Shown here one piece after another: positions 12,101-24,100 of a stretch of DNA of 64,000 bases. The notes beneath the pieces were generated by a model, which was given only the letters and a program-made list of their open reading frames with translations, made no database searches and was not told the DNA's origin. Where the stretch lies: NCBI GenBank assembly GCA_037379345.1, contig CM074521.1, positions 19,554,704-19,618,703 on the forward strand, in the 5' to 3' direction. Each line of letters begins with the position of its first letter. Positions within the stretch are counted from its first letter, which is position 1. The DNA comes from Perna viridis. Taxonomy: Eukaryota. The translations under genes were made by a program, and so were the position numbers.

Positions 12101-15100
12101 AAAAATTTGGTATAACCCAGTCTGTACATATACGCATGTCATCTTTCTATGCTGGTACTAAGTATAAATACCCAGGTACTTGCCTGTCACTAATTACATA
12201 TGGTTTTACCCATCAGGAAAATCAACCTTTCTGAGGATAAAACCCCACCATTCCCTGACTAAATGGATTACTATATGCATATAGAAAGATTAGGTTTACA
12301 TCAGTTATCATTTTTAATTCTGTTTTATGGGCAATTGTTGGCTAAAATATGGTGGAAAACCCTGGGTAAAGCAAGCAGCTTAGACACATAAAATATAGGA
12401 TGTCATAGATTTATTGAGAAGAAATATAGTGAAAGTAATGCAGTGCCTTAGTCTACTGAAAGGTTAAGTCATTAATCAAGGTTTTATAATACTCCTGGAG
12501 AAGAACTGATAAGGAAAATTTTAAATATTAACTATACTTTCAAAGCATTGCCGAAATTGGAACACATTGTCACTCCGTGATTTTATACTTTTGAAGTTAA
12601 TGGTCTGAAATTACATAAACAGCATTTTAAGATTCCACTTTTCTTTAAAATCTTTAAAGGTTTATAGATCGTTACCTAAGTCTGGCAGGGGGTGGTATGA
12701 CCAATGCTTAAGTCACTGTCTGTTTTCTTTACTGCACAAAGGGGGAGACTGCTGTTTTGGGTTGTGTGTGTGTGTGTGTGTGTGTGTGTTAATATTGAGT
12801 TTTCGTATTAAAAATGGTTGCAAACCAGTTCATGGAAATATAAGTCCTTTACATGTAAGCAGCAGTATCACCCAATGACAATGATATATTATTACATGGA
12901 TTGAACTTTTCATTCTTATATTGCCAAGGTTCACTAGAACTTTATATCTTAGGCTAGTAATGTTGACCTTTTGATGACCTCTGGGTATTTGATATAACAT
13001 TAGCCATGTCTTATGTTGTTCTGTAGTGCTAATGAGAATACAAGCCTAATTGCTGATCCATCATTTGTGGCTGTTTCAATCCAGTGCTATGTCCCCTATC
13101 AATTTAAATGATCTTTATTTTAAAGCCTTGCACCCAATCCAGTTTTATATCACCTTATCAATTTAACATTGTTTGAAAGTGTTCTCTATATTCAAGCACT
13201 GCATCCAAATTAAAATTGCCTTTAGGATAAGAAGGTGTGAATGCTTGTTTTTTCTCTCTCTAAATTAGGTCATGTAGCTATGGTAGAAAACTATAAAAGT
13301 GTTGATCATCAGGTTACAAATGAAGTATTGTCAATCTGACATGGAAACCTAATGTTAAAACCCAATATATCTTTCTGCACTTCATTAGGATGATTGTTGT
13401 CTGTCTTGTGGTAATGTAATCTGATTTGTTCTGGGAAAACAAGATGGAGGATGTATGTGGTTAAACCATTAACCAGTTTCTGTTGGTATTTAACAGAACA
13501 GCTGATTTTCAGTCCTAATGATTTTAACTTTTGTTTGGTCATGAACTTAGGTCAAATCAGCCAGTTAGGATAAAGGATTTGTGTGGTGTTGTATGACATC
13601 TGGAAGCACTTTTCCTCAGCAGTCTGGGGCCCTCAATTTTTTCTGACTTAAGACCTTTGATAGTTCATTTACATGGACACTGGACTCTCAACCTTTCTAC
13701 TCTTGGAAGTAAAATAAACCCCTGACTTTCGGAGATTAAGAGCCAATAACCTTTTTATAAATGCTAGTGTTTCATATATTTAAGTCATAAGGTGGTGTAG
13801 GGAGCAAATAACCCATCTGAGTTTCATGGTTGTCACTTTCTCAAATCTTAAATTCTGCTAACTACCATAGACAGGAAAATACTTCACAGAAATGCCTTGG
13901 GTTTGCCAGTCCACTTTTCAACTTTCATGTTTGATATTTGGAGATATATGAGATATGTATGGATCATATATCTACAGGAAGAGTGCTTAACATTGACAAT
14001 TCAAAGCAGTACACTGTACTTCAGAGAAGTTTTACATTATATTCTGTTGTGACCCGACCTTCATCCTGTAAACCATAATATGGATGACCTTGAAAAGGAT
14101 TTCTCTTTTAAAGGTACAAAGAGTCTTCTATTGGTTTTTAAAATAGTATTAATATGGCCGTTGGGGTATTTATTTAGAAGAATGAGTAGAACATATTGTT
14201 TTAATGTTTCAAAGTAAACAAAATAACTAGGGTACTCATTGTACATATAGACTGACAGTTGCCCGAGTATGACTATCCATGAAGCCTGTTTGTGGTAACA
14301 TGCCTTAAGAACAGCATAATGAGAGTTGTAAAGTTTTTTGCTAGAAATGTCTGATATGTTACAGCTAACATCTTGGACTAAAGCTTAACCCCCCCTTTTT
14401 TTTCCACCACAAGATGGGAGACTATCATTAATTGTAACTATGATTAATTGTCTATTGATATACTTTTGTTATATATCTTTTAAAGTTGTATTGTATGAAA
14501 AGTTATGAAGTTACTCTAGACAAAACAGTAGTTGTGAGCATCAAGGCTTTTAGGGTTGATGATTTTTTTTCAGTATGATAGAATTTGCTTTACTATGCCT
14601 ATAATTTATAAAAAGACCTTTGGTAGTTCTGTAAACTGAAAAGTAAACTGTGTGGGCTTCAGTTAGCTGATGTATAGAGAATGATATTGTAACTTTTTTT
14701 TTTCTAAAATGAATACTTATATTGTTTAACAGGAACTTCATCCCTGTTAATTTAGTGAGTACTGGACAGAGATAATGGTATGAATCACATGACAAATTAC
14801 TTAAGTACATTTGGTTTAAATTTAAACCTACTTTAAACATTTTGATTGTCAAGTACAAGTATATCTCAATAATGTACGTATTTTTAGATTTCCCTTCAAA
14901 ACATTAATAGTCTGAATTACATAAATGATCTAGATCATAAGTTAATTCGATGGCCTACTTTTTACTATGTCAATGTTTATAGTGTTGACCTGTTTTTGAC
15001 ATATTTAGATGTTGCTTTCTGTTTTTGAAACTTTTTAGTGTTCAAAATGCAATGTTTACAAATGAATTTCCTCTGTGAAAGAATATTGGCACCTGATTAT

Positions 15101-18100
15101 ATTAGCTTTGGGTTTTGTTTTTCCATTAGATTTTAATAGTGTATATGAATACAGTACTGTTGTAAATCCATTTTGACTTTTAGTATTGAAACTTTAACTG
15201 GAGCTGGAATACTATTTTGATATGTCATTTTAAGCCAAAAGTTAAAGATGTAAATAGGGAGCAACTTAGAAGTGAACAGCCTATGAGCCAGGTGGATCAT
15301 CTGTAGGCTGTATAAATTTAGAAGGGATCAGTCTATGAGCCAGGTGGTTCTCTATAGGCGGTGTAAACTTTGAAGTGAACAGCCTATGAGCTAGGTTGAT
15401 CTCTATAGGCTGTGTAAACTTGGAAGGGATCAGCTTATGAACTAGGTGGATCTTCTGTAGGCAGTGTAAAATTAGAAGGGATCAGCCTATGAGCCAGATG
15501 GATCTCAATAGGCCGTGTAAACTTAGAAGGGATCAGCCTATGAACCAGGTGGATCATCTAAGCCATGTAAACTTGAGTTGAACATAGTTTATAAAAGAAA
15601 CAAGTTCAATCTTAGGAACGAAAACTTTTATGTGTAAATATGATGATAAACACATTCATCATGACCCTAATAATTTCTGAATTATAATAAGTTTGGAAAT
15701 AAATCAGTCTATAGTGTTGATTGCTTTAAACAGTAAAAATTTTGATAAAAAATTTATCAACAACAAAATTTACAAGTCTTATACTGTATATCATAACTCT
15801 TGACCTAGAGTCCTATAAAAATAATACCTTGATACTATCTGTTTGTGTTAAAATCTTTTGCATTCTTGACTCTCTTTGTTTCTCCTGTCTTACACCAACT
15901 CTTTTAAGGAAAGGGACATGTACTGTTTTACCCTTGTCTCTGCATCTATGTTTCCATCCATAACAAATTTTTCCATCACAGATTTCTCATTGATTTTAAC
16001 ACATAGTGGAAACATTTCTTCATGTGTTAACAACTGGTATATTTTTTTTTTACTTTTCTATGTGCATATTACTAGAATATTCATTCCAACCTAATTTTCG
16101 TAAGTGCCTGGATCTAGAACTGCAACTTTTCATACAAGGAGGAATGAGTTAAATTTTAATGTCACCATTTCATAGTTATTATTTCATATAACTCTAATTG
16201 CTGAATGAGTTGAAGAGGTGCGTCTACCTTGAAAGAGAAATCTATCATCTAAGCAGAATAAATGGCAAGTTATGTTGTAATTGATCAAAAATGAATAGAT
16301 TTGTACTTGCAAATAGATTTCTAAATCCAGAAATAAAGCATAAATGGATTGCACAATTTTTATGAAACCGCTAACATCGGGAAGTGGGAACATGTGTCAT
16401 CATAATTTCTCATGTACATGTATATGTTTTAACGTGAGTTTATCACTGTTCAAGTAGTAGGGGTCTATATATCTGTTTATCTTACATAAAATCAACATAT
16501 AACAGGTGAAATTTGGATGTTTGCTGACTTTCAAAGTGCACACTACTTGACATTAGGCTTTTTTGCAATTGTGATTTTCATCAGAAATGCAATAAATTTA
16601 GGAAATAAACTCTTTCTGAACTTCAGTGTCTGCATTGTATTGCAAATTACATGTGCGTTTTATGAGAAATCAGTAATTAATTCCTCACTTATGAGTTACG
16701 TGACCTTTAAGTATTAATCAAAAGTAAAAACAACCATTCGAAAGGAGTTTAACAAGGTATGAAGTTGTGGAGAAATGTATTCTCACAGTTGTGGACTGAA
16801 CGCTCAAGTAAGATAGTATAAACTGAAGACTAAATGTATTATTGGGTTAATTCTATTTAGTAAATTTCTATTTTTAATACATCGATGCAGCCAGCATAGG
16901 TTTAGTTCATGTTTGGCTCATCTTTTTCAGTAACGTACATGTATCTAATGTATCTTGTTGAGTGACCAATTGATTTCCTTGCTGAAGTATAAAAATCAAT
17001 ACAAGTTATAACACACTGGTTTGAATGGATTTCAGTATAACTGCTATATACAATAGACCTGTCTACACCAAAACTTATCCCCCTTTCTTGATTCTTGGTT
17101 TACAGCCATTATTTTATTTGGCTGACCACTAAACCATGAAAAATTAGAAACCAATTCAAACAATTACTGGTATGTACTAGTGCCATATAATTTTCTATGC
17201 ATTTGGACCTGTGAGATCCTGTGTGGGTCTGTTATACAAACAGGAAAAGGTTCTTAGTTCGATCTTAACCCAAAATCATTCTGCACTGGTCTTCTGTTAA
17301 AAGGGATGGAGTGTCAACGATGTCTTACGTATGTAGATTCTCTATCAAAACATGAATGACTCAAAATCTTTCTGTCAGAAGTGACATAAGCAGTTAGTAT
17401 GTGATTGGTTGAACTTAAAATGCAGACGAACATTATGTGTTATAGGAAGCTTTGTATTTCCCGTTGGTCGAGACACTAGCGATGTAATTACACAAGGTGC
17501 TTTTTTTAATAAAATTGAATACGATTTGAGTACAAATAGCTCTGTCCCTAATAGGCAAAGTCTGAAATCATATTATGATGAAACTCTGGTTCTCTAGATT
17601 TATAGTATTATTATATGAGCAATTCGGCAGGCATTTCTAGAAAAGCAGAGGACACTTGCACATCCGGTGCACCTGGTCCATGCTCCCTGTTTTTAGTGGA
17701 GTCCGAGTTGCTCATTTACTTTTGTTACTTTGTATTTATTATTTTATTTATTTTGTGTTCTTTGTTGTGTTTGTCTTTTTCCATGTCTGGTCTTTGTCCC
17801 AGGATTACAGTCTTTTGATTTCCACTAAAATCTTGGTTCCCTTGATTACTCTTACACCCTCTCCCACCCAATTTGGGATATTAAGGTCCTAGTTTGTCAG
17901 TATGTAAAGTTGTCTCCAACTCGTCCTCCATTATTTTACAGTATATGCTTCTAATGACCATGCTTAGTATATATGTAATGAAAAGATAGAAATTGGGATT
18001 TCTTTTTGGTTAACTGTGTCTCCTGTTACCATTGCCCTGATTAACTAAGTGACCTTTTGTTTTAAATAGGAGGTCATGACCCTTGGTTGAATGTCACTGC

Positions 18101-21100
18101 TTTAAAGACCTAGAGTAATTTGTTAGTACTAACAAGGAACATGAATGACAATGTAATATTTTATCCCTACTGATTAGTGGGTGGTATATTGGAATTAACT
18201 TGTCTGTCAGTGGATCCATTCATCATTCTGTCTGTCAAAATTTTGTCACAATATCTCCATTCCCACTGGATGGGTCAATTTTCAATTTGGTAAGTGACTT
18301 AATAAAGATGGGGTATACTCTGTAAGCAATTTTAAGTTTGTGTCAAATGCCAATTTTCATTGCATATGTGGGTATACATTGCACATCAACAACTGCAGTC
18401 ACCAAAAAGATTTATGAAATTTTGGTATATTAGATTTTAGCAGCATCTACTGCTCTATTTTTGAAAGTAGTTAAATGAAAAGAAGTGTTAAAAGTAAAAC
18501 AACCCACAGAGGTTCTATTGGTACCCACAGGAGTATCATCTGAATTTATTGGCAGCAGTTTGTATTTACATTCATCAAACTGGACCTGGGGTTTCCACCT
18601 TCTATTGTAGCTGCAGGTTTCTTAAATAGTATTTTCTTCTTTTTCAGTATCACCGCTCAAGTCTTTAGGGAATAGTAATGAACCCAAGTCAGCACCACCG
18701 ATTCGGAACCATGAGCATACACATGCTATCATCTTCAAAAGAGATGATTCAGTGCGGGTTAGTGATGTACGTACTAAGCATGTGCCTGGTAACACTTTTA
18801 TTTTACTTACAACGCTCTAAAGTTATTCATGAACATTCACAGTTGATGACATTAGATTTTGTGTTGCATCAACAAGTAAATGGTATTATACTCCACATAA
18901 GTCTTTAGAAAATAATTTTGGGAACTTTGAAAAGTTCATGATTAACTTGGCTGCATTGTAGTTTTGGATTGTAGTTGCACTTTATGTTCTGGTTTATGTG
19001 CTTGTATTTCATATATTCAGAGTTAGTGACTTTGTTTAAGGCTGAATTTTTTTATACTCTTTCCCAGGGTTTGTAATTATTGTAAAAGTTTTTCACATAG
19101 CTTAATTAGAGACAACTTTTTAAAATCCAGGAGCCTTTTAAACAATTGCAAATGCGGCTGTATATTGGTACAGCGCCGTCATTGTCGTCTGTAGACACTT
19201 CATTTTTGTGTGGTAACTTGAGTATTGGTTTGTTGATCTTTATAAAATTTTATAACAAGGTTCCAAACCTTGAAATAAAGATTTGGTATTGATTTTTTTA
19301 GAATTAGGGGCCAAAAGGGGACCTAAAACATGCATTTCATTGAGTTTAACTATAAAACTCCAAGAAAAGCATTGTAATGTCTAGGATATTGTTCCACAAT
19401 GAACAGACTTGGATTGATTTTGGAACTTTCCAGAAATTAGGGGCCATGAAGGGGGACAGAAACATGCATTTTCCTGATGCAGGGATCAAGATAATAACTA
19501 ACAGTGAATGAATCTTTTTGAAATTGCATTACAAGGTGCCATACCACAAAAAGAAGACTAAGATTGATTTTTGGGGTTTTGACTTGAGCCAAGTCAGAAT
19601 AAGGGGTCATATTAGGAACCAGAAACATGTATTTTTTTTCTGATTTCTTGACAAAATCTTTTTGGTCTGATTTTGAAAATTTATAAGGTTCCTCTTGAAA
19701 ATCCTTACTGGTGTTTTTCAATCAGATTGGAGATATCTTTCATAGTTTTTGTATGTAATGGGGCCAAACGGGGCCACATCCCAAATAATAAGACTTTTAT
19801 TTTTGTGGCAATTTTTTAAAAATTTCTTTTTTCATTAGATTCCATATGATATTCCAAGTTTAGGTACAAGAGTTTTATAAGAAGTATGCTTACCAAATTA
19901 ACCCTATTATTGACTGTTTTTGAGATAATGAGGTACAAAGTGATCCATGAATGCATCCTGAAACAGACCTTTATACTTAGATTGAATTTCAAAGTATTGT
20001 GCAATATTGTGCCAAAGTGAGTTGTTGTGTCCGTATTGAACTGTAAGTCCCTATGTTTAGTGTGTTAAAAACTAATATTGTGCCTCCACGCTTGCCTTAA
20101 GTAAACAGAGTTCAACTGGCAGCAGTGATATCATGCTGCACTTTATGAAACTTTTAATTGGAGTAAGATGTACACAATTAAGACTAAATCCATGTCAAAG
20201 TTCAAGGCCTACAAAGATGGGTTCTTATAAATGGTTTCCATCTTTCATATCACAATGCATCATGTGGACATTTATTTTGTTTAATGTGCGAATTTAAAAT
20301 ATACCAACACAGGCCTAAAAACAAGTATGTGTTTCTGGTAACACCCTTTTCAAAATTAGGGTCGGTAGGTAGGTTTTTTTTTTCTCTCGATGCTACAAAC
20401 ATTTCAGTAGGATTTTAGCATCCAAGTGCTGACATTTCGCAGTTTTGATTGCAAATACTGAACTCGCTTTGGCGTTCGCCATAGCATTCTTACTGTGATA
20501 ATGGGTCTCCACACTGGGGAGCAATTTAAATACAATAAAATGCAAATCGGCGACAGAAAACACCAAAATTTAGGATTTTTTAATTTTTTTTTTGCCGACG
20601 CAATAAAAAAGTTAGGGTCGGTTGGGTTACTGGAAACACATTTTTTTTTAGGCCACATAGTATTATTTAAGTTTAATTAAAAACCAACTTATTGTGCATC
20701 CTACTTTTCTCCTAAGTAATAGTTACCCATTGGTTGTGATGATTTTTCATGAGCCTTTACTTAGTTCTACTTATCAGTAGTATTCCCAATCAGTGGTTCC
20801 CCATTGCAAAAATTATGTTTCAGTAACCTTCAGTAAGCTCTCCCATTCAAAGAACTATAGATTAAGATGAGGTTTCAGGAGCCTCCACCATGTTCGCCCA
20901 ATTATTGGTTTTCTAAGGGCAAAACTGGTGCTTCACTCTCCTGCACTAAGCTTTCCCAACAAACCCCAGAACCGAGGATTAAGATGATGTTTCATGACCC
21001 TTTACCATGTTCTCTCAACCTGAATAGTTCCCCATTGACAAAACTGATGTTTCCATAACCTTCACGAAGTTCTTCATTTCAAACCAAACCCCAGAATCAT

Positions 21101-24100
21101 GGATTAAGATGATGTTTCATAACCCTTTACCATGTTCTCTCAACCTGAATAGTTTCCCCTGGACAAAAATGATGCTTCAGTTACCTTCACAAACTTCTCC
21201 ATTTCAAACCAAACCTCAGAACCATGGATTAAGAGGATTTTCTGAAGCCTCCATCATGTTCTCCCAACCACTGGTTCTCCTTAGGTTAAGATGATCTTAA
21301 GAAGCTTCTAATATTTTTCCTCAACTAATGGTTTTCCCTGTATAAAGATAATTTTAAAAAACTTCCACCATCTCCTCCCAAACAGTTGTTTCCATAGGCA
21401 AAGATGATACAGCCAATTATATGCTGCCATTATGTCCTGAAACTAGTACTGCTGAAGGTGACAGAAAATAGTAGTTGTTGCATAACATATTCACATTCAT
21501 CAAATTTGACCTAAATGTATAATTATCTATCAAGTCCTTATTTAAATGCAAAGCTAAAAGGTGTATATAGTGCAGTAATGTGAAATGTCCTTTTTGTATG
21601 GTCTGTTCAATATGTCATGGCTTTTAATTAAGTTAAACCACAGCTGTTGTTGGTTGGTGGTATGACTTGAGCAAGGCATACACAGCTGTTATTGGTCGGT
21701 GGTATGACTTGAACAAGGCATCCACAGCTGTTGTTGGTCGGTGGTATGACTTGAGCAAGGCATCAAGAAGTCAATTTTGACAGCAGTTTCTTTCGTGTTT
21801 TGGCAAAAATTAACTTAAGCTTTAAATGAAACTGTACATGTCTGATGAGGATGACATAAGTTCTGTAATAAATTAGTGAATAGCTAAGTCTTGATTCTAA
21901 CCAGGAATATGGAAAGGCACATTACTCCTAACCTGTCAAGTTAACGTTAAGGTAGTGATTTTCCCGGTGCACTAATTTTCGTTATTTTCATGGGAAGTGA
22001 TTAGGTTTGAAAAATAGTTGTGGCTAAATCACTTATCAAAGTAAAAATCTTAACCTTCCAAAATCTTTTAAAAATGATATATGTCAGTATGCTCATTTCA
22101 CAGGAAAAGGAGGGAACATTATATCATGAAACTAACACATTAACTGTATCTAAAACCCACTGTCAATTACGTTTACCCTCATTTTAGATGCAATACGGTT
22201 CAATTCATGAGGAGGTAAGAAACTTATACTCTGATAGAAGATTGATTCCTTGTGATCCAAATGCTTCTGTCTGTGTCATATATTGTGTGTATTGCTTATA
22301 TACTGAACCATGCACTGCGGTAGTTATTATTATTAATCCTTAAAACAAAAAATAGGAAAAGGGAGACAAGTCTCTATAATTTTTCTAAATATGTGCAAGG
22401 TTTCTTCAGCAATGTATCTAACCATTCTTTGCTGCACACAAATGCACCAGAATCAGTATTTTGTGCATTAGGTCTACTAGAATTTCTATGCTCAATTAAC
22501 TTCAGAGAAAAACAATAATTTGGGAATCTGATCGGTCATCTGGTTTCCTTAGTTACTGCTTTTGGATGAGGCTTAAAATGCTAGTTAATTTGGTGTCCCA
22601 TTAACTTTTCTACATGGGCAAAGGGAAAATCTGCTTTTATGAAAACACTCTGTAGCTTTTAAAATTTAATGAAATATTTCTAGGCTGTACTGGACTTAAC
22701 TATTTTACTTCCTACAAATATTCTTAATTGCAGTAGTTGCTTGTATAAAGGGCATTACCATGATAAATTGACTGCTTAAAGGACGGTGATATGGCCTAAA
22801 ATGTTGATAATGCCTCATGCTGCAGGTTAAAGGCAATATCACTTCCGTAGGGATCATGCCCACTACATAAGAAACTATTGTGTTTTTTGTTCTTTGAAGA
22901 ATCTAAAATGGAGTAACTGATCATTGGAATGATCATTTTGTTAGTGATCATGGGTCAGGCCTGATATACAGTATTGCTGATCCTAAGTCCGGTCCAATTT
23001 TGAAGTTATCATAGGTATAGCCCATTTTATTACCAATTGTGGGTTTCATTGGTTAGGTCCATTTCTTGTCATATTAATGTCAGCTGACCAAACTTGGGTG
23101 AAATAAAACTTGATTTTTTTACTTTTTCCATTTGAGGATCATTTTGACGGAAATCCTTTAATTTTGATGTTTTGAACATATGGCTCGTTCAAGTTGTCAG
23201 TAATTGTTGATTTTAGGAAAACATGCAAGGAAAGAAGGTTTTTAATTTTTACATTTTACCTGTCAAAACTCCCCACAGAAAATGAGATGCAATTAGAATA
23301 GTGACATTTCGTGATGTGACTTAATTTCGTTTGTTTACTTGTACAGCTAAAAATATCAATCTAAAATATGTTGGCTAGCGTAGCATTGTCTGCCTTAATG
23401 GATTGTTAGTGTACCTGAAGAGTAAAGGAAGTTCATGTCAACAATACAAGACATGATGTGGCGTCACACTTGAAAAGGGTCCTATGTAGATTTTACCTAT
23501 TGCTTATCACATTGCTTTTGATATAAAAGAAATTTTTTAAAGATTAGGAATCTTTAAAGTGGTTCAAGTATATACATTCAACACTCAACCTGGTTATCTG
23601 TTCAAAATCTGTGCTAAATGTATTGTGTGACGGATATTATCAAAGTTGTAGCACTGATGTGCAAGGGAATGAAATAGGATCAAATGTGCTGACGGAATGG
23701 GGATATGCAGGGGAAAGGAATAGGATATAATACATTTGGGGAATGGTGATGTACTGGGGAAGGAAACATGATAAAATGAACTGAGGGCAGCACTTGAAAT
23801 AAAATATTGTATGTAATCAACTATTAGATTTTTCATTCACAAATTTATTAGATCTGTGCACACTTTGTTTATTTTCTTTCGTGATTATATAAGCCTTTTT
23901 TATATATTTTCAATGTATGAAATTTTACAAATATACTTGTAGCATTTTTCTTCACTAAGCTTGCTTTAAGCTATTATACATTATATACACTCAAACCTAA
24001 CACAGACATACAGTATGCTGAGTTAATTCCATATACATGAAAAAGTCCTTTTGTATATGGTTCTGTTAAAGTTAGGATAAAAAGATCAGAGCACTTGAGC

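Noticed and set aside
18211-18289. Strong donor ttg|gtaagt
   Set aside because: The nearest acceptor gives 79 nt (not 3n) and the segment looks like a decayed repeat.
18678-18908. 76-aa track ORF
   Set aside because: It overlaps the real exon in a different frame. The spliced frame is fixed by phase compatibility with 24711 and 30299.
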